37,442 nt of DNA from Clostridiales bacterium (GCA_014799575.1 JAAVHS010000020.1:11990-49431), one strand, 5' to 3'. Shown: positions 27,536-36,762, counted from the first letter of the stretch. Notes: generated by a model from the letters alone, not told the origin. Numbers and translations: made by a program.

Positions 27536-30500
27536 GTTTGAAGATTTAAAGAGCGGATTGCTCGACAGTCTTGATGAAATGCTGAGCGCCAAGACCGAAG
27601 CCAAAGAAGTAGCGGACAAGCCGACGGCAACCGCCGAGAAAAAGATAGAGGCAAAAGAGGAAGTCAAGGTCGTACCGTCCAAGGAAGAGAAGAAAGAGGA
27701 CAAAGAATCGGTTAAGACAAAGAAATACGACAAGCCTTTCGTACACTTGCACGTCCACTCGGAATACAGCCTTTTGGACGGACTTGCGAGAATTACCAAG
27801 GGCAAGAAGTCGCCTCTTCTCGACGCGTGCAAGGAATTGGGTATGCCCGGTTGCGCGTTGACCGACCACGGAAATATGTTCGGCGCGTACACATTCTATA
27901 AAGCCGCCAACAATAGAAATCTCAAGCCTATTATAGGCTGCGAATTCTACACCTGCGAGGATATGCGCAAGACGGAGAGCGCTGAGAGAAATCACCTAGT
28001 GCTTTTGGCAAAAAACGATATAGGATATCGCAACCTTGTCAAGATGGATTCGCTTGCGTACATAGACGGCTATTATTACAAGCCGAGAATAGATTTAGAA
28101 CTTTTACAGCAGTACTCGGAAGGCGTAATTTGTCTTTCCGCGTGTCTTTCGGGCAAGATACCGAGACTTCTTTCGATAGGCGATTACGAGGGCGCAAAAG
28201 CGTACGCAAAGCGTCTTAAAGATATGTTTGCCGAAGGAGATTTTTATATCGAACTTCAAGACCACGGACTTGCGGAGCAAAGAGCGATTCGCGACGACCT
28301 CGTCAGACTGTCCAAAGAGTTGGGCGTAAAACTCGTCGCGACCAACGACGTGCATTATGTCAATCGCGAGGACAACGTTGCTCAGGATATTCTAATTCGT
28401 ATCAACACGGGCAAGACCATCAACGACGCTACGGGTATGGAAATGGGCAACGACCAATTCTATCTCAAAAGCTATGAAGAGATGATGGAAATTTTCAGTT
28501 GGTGTCCCGAGGCGGTGACGAATACTATCGAGGTAATGGAGAAGTGCAATATCAAGATAGAGAAAGAAGATTTGTATCCGCCGTATACTCCCGACGACGG
28601 CTCAACTCCCGAGCAGTTTTTGCGAAAACTCGCCTACAAGGGTCTGGAAGAAAAATACGTGACTATAACCGACGAAATCCGCGAGAGAGCGGAGTACGAG
28701 TTGGATATCATAATACGCACGGGATTTGCCGAGTATTATCTCATCGTGTGGGACTTTATCAATTACGCCCGTTCGCAACAAATCCCCGTTGGGCCGGGAC
28801 GAGGCAGCGGCGTCGGCTCAATCATTGCGTACGCTGTGGGAATCACCAACCTTGACCCGCTCAAATACAAACTCTTCTTCGAGCGTTTCCTCAACCCTGA
28901 AAGAGTGTCCGCGCCCGACTTCGATATAGACTTTTGTATGGATAGACGCGGCGAGGTAATAGAGTACGTCATTCGCAAATACGGCAAGGAAAAAGTATGC
29001 CAAATTCTCGCGCTCGGCACTTTGAAAGCCAAGGGCGCAATCAAGGACGTCGCGAGAGTATACAACGTGCCTTTGGATATTGTCAATTCGACGACGAAAC
29101 TTATCCCCAACGCGCCCAAAGTCACTTTGGATAAAGTACTCGGAAGAGACCCGAGCACTAAAGAGGACGACCTCAAATTGAGAAATCCCGAAGTAATCGA
29201 GATTTACGAGAACAACGCCGAGATGCGCAAAGTCATCGATATGGCGCTCAAAATCGAGGGCTTACCGCGCAACTGCTCAAAGCACGCGGCGGGCGTGGTA
29301 ATCTGTAAGGAAGTCATAAGCGACCACGTACCTTTGCAAAGAAACGGTCCCGATATCACCACTCAATTCCAAAAGGAAGAAGTCGAAGAACTCGGAATGC
29401 TCAAAATGGACTTCTTGGGGCTTACCACTCTTACGGATATAGACAAGGCGCTTAAATACGTCAAACAAAATCACGGCGTGGATATAGACTTCGACAAGTT
29501 GGGTTACGACGACCCCGAAGTATACAAACTGATAGGCACGGGCGAAACCGAAGCCGTGTTCCAGTTGGAAAGCGCGGGCATGAAAGGCTTCTTGAAAGGT
29601 TATCAACCGCGCAACCTTGAAGAGGTAATCGCGGGTATATCTCTTTACCGTCCGGGACCTATGAGTTATATTCCCGAATATCTCAGATCGCGCGCCAATC
29701 CCGCAAGCATCGTTTACGACGCGCCGCAACTTGAAAAGATACTCGACGTCACGTTCGGAGTATTCGTATACCAAGAGCAGGTAATGCAAGCCGTGCAAGC
29801 GTGCGCGGGCTATACGCTCGGCAGAGCGGACAATCTCCGTCGCGCGATGGGCAAGAAAAAAGAAGACGTAATGAAAGCCGAAAAGGCGGTATTCGTCAAC
29901 GGTTGCGAGGCGGTCGAAGAAAAGAGAAACGACGCGGGCGTCGTCATAAAGAAAGGCGCTCCTGCCGTCGAAGGCGCGGTCAAGAGAGGAATACCTCAGG
30001 ACAAGGCGGAAAAGATATTCGATAAAATGGCTGACTTCGCGAAGTACGCGTTCAACAAATCGCACGCCGCCGCATACGCAACTTTGACGTATCAGACCGC
30101 GTATCTCAAACGCTACTATATGCTGGAGTTATTTGCCGCGGTAATCAACAACAGAATTACCAAGTCGGACGAAATAGCCAAATATCTTGCTTACGTGAAG
30201 AACTACGACAAGAAGATTTATCCGCCCGACATCAACAAATCTGACGTAATATTTACCGTTGAGAACAACGACGGATTGCGTTTCGGTCTTGGCGGAATTA
30301 AGAACGTCGGCGAAGCGGCAATGCAAGCGCTTGTCGAGGAGAGAAGAGCCAACGGCGAGTACAAGTCGATAGGCGATATACTGAGAAGACTTCCCGCGGG
30401 CACTGTCAACAAGAAGATGTTGGAAAGTCTTATCAAGGCGGGCGCGTTCGATTGCTTCGGACATACTAGAGCCGCGCTTATCGCAAGCTATGAATCCATA

Positions 30501-31322
30501 GTGCTTTTGAGCGTACACGATAAGAAGATGCAAGCCAACGGACAAATGAGCTTATTCGGACTTTTGGAAGAGGACGTCGACGACGCGAATGACGACGTAC
30601 CTTATCTCAAAGAGTTTCCGGACAAGCAGTTCTTGGCGCTTGAAAAGGAAGTGCTCAACGTATACGTCACGGGCCATCCGCTCGACGAATACAGAGAGGA
30701 ATTCAAGCAGTTCGATTTCAATACTTCAAGACTGTCCGATTTAGCGGCGAAGAATCTCGACGAGGACGAACTCGAAGAGAGCGATTTGCAACTTATTGCG
30801 CAGTACGAAAACAAAGAAGTCGTGTTCGGCTGTATGCTTTCGAAGATAGAGAAGAAGACGACCAAGAACGGCGGTATTATGGCGTACACCACGCTTGAAG
30901 ACCTATACGGCGAAATGGAAGGCGTGTTGTTCCCAAAGACTTACGAGCGCAATAGAAACTTGCTCATAAACGACAATATCGTCACCGTACGCGGTACGAT
31001 AAAGCGCAACAACGGAAAGCTCAACCTCAACGTCTTCGACATTCAGCCGTGGCATAAGAGCGAGCAAGAGCAGGGCGAGGAAAAGAAGAGCGAAAACAGC
31101 AAGGTCGTAAGCGGTAAAAAAGTCTTCATAAAGATTGACGACAAAATAACGTACAGACGGGTGCTTGAAGTGATAGAACTCTTCCCGGGTATGGATTCTG
31201 TAATCTTCAAAATGTTCGACAGCGACAAGCCTCAACTGTATTGCAAGGGCGTAAACAGCAAGGAAAATTTCGTCAATCAAATCAAGGCAATCGTAGGCGT
31301 GGGAAATATAGTCGTAAAATAA
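27522..31322 (+). CDS. dnaE: DNA polymerase III alpha subunit (DnaE)
   Basis: FVHLHVHSEYSLLDG, GPGRGS, FERFLNPERVS.PDFDIDF, KMDFLGL, YAFNKSHA and C-terminal OB fold. Overlaps whiA by 14 nt and has a charged N-terminal extension. Confidence 0.99.
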   Translation: MDENKFEDLKSGLLDSLDEMLSAKTEAKEVADKPTATAEKKIEAKEEVKVVPSKEEKKEDKESVKTKKYDKPFVHLHVHSEYSLLDGLARITKGKKSPLLDACKELGMPGCALTDHGNMFGAYTFYKAANNRNLKPIIGCEFYTCEDMRKTESAERNHLVLLAKNDIGYRNLVKMDSLAYIDGYYYKPRIDLELLQQYSEGVICLSACLSGKIPRLLSIGDYEGAKAYAKRLKDMFAEGDFYIELQDHGLAEQRAIRDDLVRLSKELGVKLVATNDVHYVNREDNVAQDILIRINTGKTINDATGMEMGNDQFYLKSYEEMMEIFSWCPEAVTNTIEVMEKCNIKIEKEDLYPPYTPDDGSTPEQFLRKLAYKGLEEKYVTITDEIRERAEYELDIIIRTGFAEYYLIVWDFINYARSQQIPVGPGRGSGVGSIIAYAVGITNLDPLKYKLFFERFLNPERVSAPDFDIDFCMDRRGEVIEYVIRKYGKEKVCQILALGTLKAKGAIKDVARVYNVPLDIVNSTTKLIPNAPKVTLDKVLGRDPSTKEDDLKLRNPEVIEIYENNAEMRKVIDMALKIEGLPRNCSKHAAGVVICKEVISDHVPLQRNGPDITTQFQKEEVEELGMLKMDFLGLTTLTDIDKALKYVKQNHGVDIDFDKLGYDDPEVYKLIGTGETEAVFQLESAGMKGFLKGYQPRNLEEVIAGISLYRPGPMSYIPEYLRSRANPASIVYDAPQLEKILDVTFGVFVYQEQVMQAVQACAGYTLGRADNLRRAMGKKKEDVMKAEKAVFVNGCEAVEEKRNDAGVVIKKGAPAVEGAVKRGIPQDKAEKIFDKMADFAKYAFNKSHAAAYATLTYQTAYLKRYYMLELFAAVINNRITKSDEIAKYLAYVKNYDKKIYPPDINKSDVIFTVENNDGLRFGLGGIKNVGEAAMQALVEERRANGEYKSIGDILRRLPAGTVNKKMLESLIKAGAFDCFGHTRAALIASYESIVLLSVHDKKMQANGQMSLFGLLEEDVDDANDDVPYLKEFPDKQFLALEKEVLNVYVTGHPLDEYREEFKQFDFNTSRLSDLAAKNLDEDELEESDLQLIAQYENKEVVFGCMLSKIEKKTTKNGGIMAYTTLEDLYGEMEGVLFPKTYERNRNLLINDNIVTVRGTIKRNNGKLNLNVFDIQPWHKSEQEQGEEKKSENSKVVSGKKVFIKIDDKITYRRVLEVIELFPGMDSVIFKMFDSDKPQLYCKGVNSKENFVNQIKAIVGVGNIVVK

Positions 31323-31340
31323 AATATTTATATATCAAAA

Positions 31341-31372
31341 TTGTAGCCTTGAAAGCATTATTTTGATATAAT
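31341..31372 (+). promoter_or_regulatory. Promoter upstream of pfkA
   Basis: TAGCCT(31344-31349)-17 bp-TATAAT with an extended TGn. Confidence 0.55.
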
Positions 31373-31422
31373 ACATATCGGAAAGAAAATTTATAAAGCG
31401 CGCTTAGCGCGAGAGAGGACGT

Positions 31423-32388
31423 ATGAAAAATATAGCAGTTTTGACAAGCGGCGGCGACGCGCCGGGAATGAACGCTTGCGTAAGAGCAGTGGTAAGGTAT
31501 GCAATCTACAACGGAATGACCGTCTACGGTATCGAGAGAGGATACACGGGTCTTATACACAACAACATTAAAGAGATGAACAAACGCTCCGTTTCGGATA
31601 TCATCCAAAGGGGCGGTACGATTTTGAAGACGGCGAGATGTCCCGAATTCGTCGAGGACGAGTATATGCAAATTGCCGTTGACAATATGGAAGCGTACGG
31701 AATTGAAGGTCTTGTCGTAATCGGCGGTGACGGCAGTTTCAGAGGCGCGCTTGACCTTTACAAGAAATTCGGCGTAAAGGCTATTGGTATCCCCGGTACG
31801 ATTGACAACGACTTGGCGTACACCGACTATACTTTGGGATTTGACACGAGCGTAAATACCGTCGTATCGGCTATCAACAATCTTCGCGATACGATGACTT
31901 CGCACGACAGAGTGTGTATCATCGAAGTAATGGGCAGAAAGTGCGGAGATATCGCTTTGTACGCAGGTATTTGCGGCGGCGCGGAAATCATACTCGTTCC
32001 CGAAGTGGAATTCGATATCAAGCAAATCGTAAAGAAAATCAATCTCAACCAAAGAATAGGCAAGAGTTCGGACATCATAGTCCTTGCAGAAGGCGTATGC
32101 AAAGCGGAAGATTTGAAGCATCAACTTGCGGAAAACGGCATTACGGGTTCTATCAAGACGACCACGCTCGGATATATCCAAAGAGGCGGTTCGCCGACAA
32201 TGGGCGACAGAGTGCTTGCGTCAAGATGCGCAATAAGAGCCGTTGACTTGCTCATGGCAGACAAGGGCGGTAGAGTAGTCGGTATCAAGGACAACAAGAT
32301 AGTCGACGTCGATATCGAAGAAGCATTGCAAAAGAAAGGCAAGTTCGATCAAGACTTGTATCAGACTGCAATGATTTTAGGACTTTAA
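31423..32388 (+). CDS. pfkA: ATP-dependent 6-phosphofructokinase
   Basis: LTSGGDAPGMNA, GGTIL.TAR, IGGDGS, PGTIDND, EVMGR and LGYIQRGG. Confidence 0.98.
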   Translation: MKNIAVLTSGGDAPGMNACVRAVVRYAIYNGMTVYGIERGYTGLIHNNIKEMNKRSVSDIIQRGGTILKTARCPEFVEDEYMQIAVDNMEAYGIEGLVVIGGDGSFRGALDLYKKFGVKAIGIPGTIDNDLAYTDYTLGFDTSVNTVVSAINNLRDTMTSHDRVCIIEVMGRKCGDIALYAGICGGAEIILVPEVEFDIKQIVKKINLNQRIGKSSDIIVLAEGVCKAEDLKHQLAENGITGSIKTTTLGYIQRGGSPTMGDRVLASRCAIRAVDLLMADKGGRVVGIKDNKIVDVDIEEALQKKGKFDQDLYQTAMILGL

Positions 32389-32428
32389 TTTTAGTGAGGA
32401 AGTAAAAAATATTGTCATAAAAATTTTC

Positions 32429-32593
32429 GTTCGGCAAAGAGTGAGATAGACAAAAAAGAAAGCGGTAAATTTTTTGTTGAGTGAGCGTTCGGTGAACCAC
32501 CCCGTACTCTATGTACGTTGGTGCGTGAACCAAATGCTTAATCGGCGGAAAAGATACCGCTTTACTTATGTCTAGATTCGCTATTTGTTGAAC
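32429..32593 (+). repeat. Long imperfect palindrome / rod hairpin 2 with a CGTAC-N5-GTACG apex
   Basis: Arms GTTCGGCAAA/TTTGTTGAAC, TAGACA/TGTCTA, AAAGCGGTA/TACCGCTTT, TTTTTGTTGA/TCGGCGGAAA and TGAGCGTT/AATGCTTA, with G-U wobbles on the + strand. Apex at 32503-32517. Confidence 0.8.
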
Positions 32594-32598
32594 AACAA

Positions 32599-34017
32599 CT
32601 ACACTGCTTTTATAAAGTCTTTAATAATTCCGCTGCCATTTGGGATAGTTTCGTCGAGAGCAGTCCAAAGGTCGTCCTCGCTTGCAATGGCGAATTGATA
32701 TTTTTCGTAGTAGTTTTTCAAGGCTTTGAGCAGTGCGTCTTTGCCCAACGTGTCTTGGGCGTGTTTCCACATCATAAGCGATTTATTGTAGGTCAAATTC
32801 GTGTAATAATAGTTGCTCGGGAAGTCGGCAAGTTTTCCGCCGAGTCTGCCGACGGCAGGTTCTCCGACTGAGTTTTGAATATCGCAAAATCTTCTATACT
32901 GCGAGTACGCGTCGCTAATCATAAGGTCTGCGTATTCGACGTTGCAATGCTCGATGAAGTAGAGATAGGTCGAGTAATTCGTCAAGCCCTCGTCTTGCCA
33001 CGCGTTGATAAGGTTGTTGCTTCCCACGGCGGAGTACCACCATTGATGCGCGATTTCGTGGGCGACGACCTCTTCGTACGCCACGTCTTTTATTTCCTCG
33101 TTTATCACGCAAAGACTGCCGTATTCCATACCTCCCGCGACGAAAGGCATATCGGCAATCGAGAGACTGTCGTAAGCGTATTTTCCAAACGTCGCCGAGT
33201 ATACGTCAACGGCTCTTTTCGCGTATTCGAGCGTGTATGGATTAGAGCCTAGATAGTTGAATTCCACTCCCTTATATACTTCGGTCTTTTTGCTGAGCGA
33301 GGGGGATATGATAATCGCGAAGTCGCGGATATTTTCCGCTTTTGCGGTAACTTGCGTTTCGCCGTCCTCTTCGCTTGATTTGCTCTTTCCACTCGACACG
33401 TATTCGCAACCGTCAGGCAGGTTGAAATGCACTTCATAGTCGGCTACGTCCGAGAAGTAGGGGTCGCCTATCGCGCTAAATTCGTCGTAATACCACTCGC
33501 CGTCGACAAGCGCGCAAAGTTGAGGATAAAAGCCGGTGAGAGATACGCCTCGCTCATTGAAGCCGTATCGCAAAAGCGTGTTGGGCAGAGTAAGCGAATA
33601 GATGAATTGCACGTCGATATCTTCGCCGTTTTGAAGAGGTTGAGCGAGGTTGATAGTGATTAGATTCGTCTCAAAGTCAAAATCGTAATTCGCGAAATCC
33701 CCGTGTACTTGTTCAAGTTCAAAAGAGCCGAAACTCACGCCGTTGGGATATGCGCTTGCTTGTTCTTGCTGAGTAGCGGGCAAGGGCTTTTTGCTGTCGA
33801 AAGCGTTTGCGTATACGTTGAGTTTGAGGTTGTCGAGGGGCTTGCCCGAGTTGTTGACAAAATGCAGTTTTTGAGCGCACGAAACGCCCTCGTCGTCAAA
33901 GTCCAGCCACATCTCGTAAGTCGTGACGTTTTTGCTTTTTGCGCACGACGCCGTAGCCGTAAGCACGGACAGTAAAAGCGCGATTGCTAATATAATGGAT
34001 ACATACTTTTTTTTCAT
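32599..34017 (-). CDS. M1 family (gluzincin) metallopeptidase, probable lipoprotein
   Basis: GGMEY, HEIAH-x18-E (WQDEG) and distal Tyr (TYNKS). Signal peptide ends in a lipobox-like TAS-C. Confidence 0.92.
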   Translation of the reverse strand: MKKKYVSIILAIALLLSVLTATASCAKSKNVTTYEMWLDFDDEGVSCAQKLHFVNNSGKPLDNLKLNVYANAFDSKKPLPATQQEQASAYPNGVSFGSFELEQVHGDFANYDFDFETNLITINLAQPLQNGEDIDVQFIYSLTLPNTLLRYGFNERGVSLTGFYPQLCALVDGEWYYDEFSAIGDPYFSDVADYEVHFNLPDGCEYVSSGKSKSSEEDGETQVTAKAENIRDFAIIISPSLSKKTEVYKGVEFNYLGSNPYTLEYAKRAVDVYSATFGKYAYDSLSIADMPFVAGGMEYGSLCVINEEIKDVAYEEVVAHEIAHQWWYSAVGSNNLINAWQDEGLTNYSTYLYFIEHCNVEYADLMISDAYSQYRRFCDIQNSVGEPAVGRLGGKLADFPSNYYYTNLTYNKSLMMWKHAQDTLGKDALLKALKNYYEKYQFAIASEDDLWTALDETIPNGSGIIKDFIKAV

Positions 34018-34022
34018 ACAAA

Positions 34023-34051
34023 ATTGTATGAGCGCATAAGTAGATTTATGT
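34023..34051 (-). promoter_or_regulatory. Sigma-E-like (sporulation) promoter directly before the M1 peptidase ATG
   Basis: ACATAAA-14 bp-CATACAAT-5 nt-ATG, with no Shine-Dalgarno. Confidence 0.55.
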
Positions 34052-34105
34052 CAACTAAAACTGTCTTAATAGCATATTGTATGTAAAAACTACATAATTT
34101 TAATC

Positions 34106-34135
34106 TTGACACGCTATAAGCGTAGATATTATAAT
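34106..34135 (+). promoter_or_regulatory. Sigma-A promoter of the SPFH operon
   Basis: TTGACA-18 bp-TATAAT; RBS AGGAGGT lies downstream. Confidence 0.75.
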
Positions 34136-34182
34136 TATATCGTAAATGGAAGCGAATTCCGATACGTTAGGAGGTATAATTC

Positions 34183-35325
34183 ATGGCATTTGAATTTTTG
34201 AAAAAACAGTTTAGAAAAGTCATTCAGTGGGAGACGGATAATTCGAACGACATTATCTATAAATATCCGTTGGATAGAAAGGAAGAAATTATGCGCAAGT
34301 CGACCCTTGTCGTAAGAGAAGGACAAAAGGCTTTGTTCATCAAAGAGGGCGTACTTGCCGACGTATTCGAGCCGGGTACTTACAGACTCGACGATATCAA
34401 AAACTTTCCTATCTTGACCCAACTTTATAATTGGAAATATATGTGGGAAAGTCCGTATACCGGCGACGTATACTTCATATCGACAAAGCAGTTCATCAAC
34501 ATGAAATGGGGCACTGCAAATCCTGTCATTATGAGAGACGCAGACTTCGGTATGGTCAGAATCAGAGGTTTCGGCGTTTACTCATTCTCGGTAGGCGTCC
34601 CTACGAATCTTTTGAGAGAACTTATAGGTTCTATGAGCACGTTCACCGTGAGCGACGTAGACGACTACTTCAAGAAGATAGTCACCGCGACTTTGTCCAA
34701 CGTAATCGCGGAAGCGCAATTACCTGCGCTTGACCTTGCAATGCATTATGACGAACTTGCTCAAATGGCAAAGCAAAAGTTCGCCGAAGAGTTTGAAAAA
34801 ATCGGTATTGAAATCGACGCGCTAATGATTGAGAATCTTTCCTTGCCAGAAGAGGTGGAGAAGATGCTCGACAAGCGTACCAACGTCGGCGTAATCAACG
34901 GCGCAATGCAACAGCACGCGCAACTCGAGACTTTGGAAGCGATGAAATCCGCGGCAAACAACACAAGCAGCGTAGGCGGCTTGGGAATCGGTATGGGCGC
35001 AGGTCTTGGCTTTGGCAGGGTATTTGCCGACAATATGAACGCTACCTATATGCCGTCGCCGAATAGTCCTGAGCAATCAAATCTCATCAAGTGTCCGAAG
35101 TGCAACGCAAGTATGAAGAGAGGCGCGAAATTCTGTCCCGAGTGCGGAGAGAAGATGATACAGCTCAAAGGTCAATGCCCGAATTGCGGAAAGGAACTCG
35201 CCGCAAACGCGAAGTTCTGTCCCGAATGCGGAGCGAAGATTGGCGCAAAGGCGTGCAAAGAGTGCGGACATGAATTGAAGGGCAATCAAAAATTCTGTCC
35301 CGAGTGCGGAGCAAAACAAGAATAA
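34183..35325 (+). CDS. SPFH/Band-7-like protein (YdjI-like) with three C-terminal zinc ribbons
   Basis: L.VREGQ.A.F..EG..ADVF.PG.Y.L, KWGT.NP...RD..FG.V.IR.FG.Y, IEN.SLP.EVE, a Gly-rich GLGIGMGAG linker and three CxxC...KFCPECG units. Confidence 0.9.
   Translation: MAFEFLKKQFRKVIQWETDNSNDIIYKYPLDRKEEIMRKSTLVVREGQKALFIKEGVLADVFEPGTYRLDDIKNFPILTQLYNWKYMWESPYTGDVYFISTKQFINMKWGTANPVIMRDADFGMVRIRGFGVYSFSVGVPTNLLRELIGSMSTFTVSDVDDYFKKIVTATLSNVIAEAQLPALDLAMHYDELAQMAKQKFAEEFEKIGIEIDALMIENLSLPEEVEKMLDKRTNVGVINGAMQQHAQLETLEAMKSAANNTSSVGGLGIGMGAGLGFGRVFADNMNATYMPSPNSPEQSNLIKCPKCNASMKRGAKFCPECGEKMIQLKGQCPNCGKELAANAKFCPECGAKIGAKACKECGHELKGNQKFCPECGAKQE
35128..35311 (+). repeat. Three intragenic 22-bp repeats encoding KFCPECG
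   Basis: AAATTCTGTCCCGAGTGCGGAG at 35128 and 35290; a two-mismatch copy at 35212. Confidence 0.85.
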
Positions 35326-35356
35326 GCGTAAATAAAACTTTTGAGGTTGGAAAGAA

Positions 35357-36472
35357 ATGTCATCAAGGCAAGACAAAGAATTCGACAAAGACGCAAACGC
35401 GCAAACTGAAGAGCAAAGACTTGACAGCGAAATATACAAATGTCAAAACTGCGGTAATTTCCTTCATTACGACCCGACGAGCGGAAAACTCAAATGCGAT
35501 TACTGCAAGACGTTTCAGCCCGTCAAAGTCGTGGAAAGCGCGGTAGAGTTGCCTTATCGCGACGACGTGGAAGAGGAGTTTGAAAGTTGGCAGGGCGTGA
35601 AAAGCGTCAAGTGTAAATCTTGCGGAGCAATTACCGTGCTGCCCGAATACGAGGTAGTCGTGCGCTGTCCGTTTTGCAACGCGTCGAATATCGTCGAGGC
35701 GGAGCAAGTCGGAGGATTGTTGCCCAACGGAATTTTGCCGTTTAGAATAAGCAAAGAAGAAGTGCCTGCGCGTTACGCCAGATGGCTCAAAAAGAAGCAT
35801 ATCGCGCCTTTCAAATTGAAGAAGGAAGCGCAACGGCAACCTTGCTCGGGCGTATACGTTCCCGTGTTCACTTTCGATAGCTATTGCGATTCGTCGTACT
35901 ACATTCGCTACGGTCGCTATTATACCGAGACGGTAGGTTCGGGAAAGAACAGACATACGGTCACAAGGACGAAGTGGTATACCGACAGCGGAAGAATTAC
36001 CAACTTTTTCAACGACGTGCAAGTCGAGGCGAGCAAGTCTATTACGCAAAAGAATTTGAGGAAGTTGGGCGGTTTCGACACGGACAATTCGCTTGAATAC
36101 CATTCGCAGTATATGTCGGGATATTCGGCGGAGAGATACGACAAAGGCCTTGACGACAGTTGGGGAGACGCAAAAGAGATGATGGACAAGGGCATGCGCT
36201 CTTTGATTATCGCTCAATACCACGCCGACGTGGTCGACTACGTGGAAATGAATAATCTGTATACTGAACGTACCTACAAATACGTACTTGTGCCTATATG
36301 GGTGTTCAATTACACATACGCAAAGAAGTCTTACGCTTGTATCGTCAACGGCAGGACGGGCAAAGTAATAGGTTCGTATCCTAAGTCGGTTTTCAAGATT
36401 GGAAGTATCGTGCTTGCAATCGGCGCGGCAGTGGGACTAATCGCGTGGCTGTTTTTGAAATATTTTATATAA
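35357..36472 (+). CDS. YdjG-like zinc-ribbon protein with a C-terminal membrane anchor
   Basis: Four CxxC pairs, ILPF.I, GVYVP.F.FD, L..F.......Y...Y.SG..AERYD, VPIW...Y, VNGRTGKV.G..P and a terminal TM helix. Confidence 0.82.
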   Translation: MSSRQDKEFDKDANAQTEEQRLDSEIYKCQNCGNFLHYDPTSGKLKCDYCKTFQPVKVVESAVELPYRDDVEEEFESWQGVKSVKCKSCGAITVLPEYEVVVRCPFCNASNIVEAEQVGGLLPNGILPFRISKEEVPARYARWLKKKHIAPFKLKKEAQRQPCSGVYVPVFTFDSYCDSSYYIRYGRYYTETVGSGKNRHTVTRTKWYTDSGRITNFFNDVQVEASKSITQKNLRKLGGFDTDNSLEYHSQYMSGYSAERYDKGLDDSWGDAKEMMDKGMRSLIIAQYHADVVDYVEMNNLYTERTYKYVLVPIWVFNYTYAKKSYACIVNGRTGKVIGSYPKSVFKIGSIVLAIGAAVGLIAWLFLKYFI

Positions 36473-36536
36473 ATCGATAGCCAAAAGGCTAATAATATTG
36501 TATACTTGATTTATAATAATTATGGGAGGCATAAAT

Positions 36537-36731
36537 ATGGCAGTTACAAAGGATATGCTTATAGCTGACGCTCTTCAACAGGAAAACGGCGAGGAAATCG
36601 CAAACGTGCTTTTGAGCATCGGTATGCATTGCTTCGGTTGCGCAATGGCAAGAGGCGAAACTATCGAGGAAGCGGCAATGGTTCACGGCGTTGACGTTGA
36701 CGAACTTGTCAAGAAATTGAACGAAGTATAA
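36537..36731 (+). CDS. DUF1858 / hybrid-cluster-associated redox disulfide domain protein
   Basis: VTKDM.I.D.L, GMHCFGC..A.GETIEEA..VHG.D. The ATG at 36537 follows GGGAGG. Confidence 0.9.
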   Translation: MAVTKDMLIADALQQENGEEIANVLLSIGMHCFGCAMARGETIEEAAMVHGVDVDELVKKLNEV

Positions 36732-36762
36732 TATCGCTTGATTTCGACTTATAAGAATAAAT

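Noticed and set aside
29880-30000. Short insertion in DnaE considered as an intein
   Set aside because: Only about 20 aa, with no intein splicing motifs such as a terminal His-Asn; it is a loop insertion.
34106-34135. MerR-type promoter
   Set aside because: The spacer is 18 bp rather than 19-20, the palindrome arms are only 5 bp, and no MerR gene is nearby.
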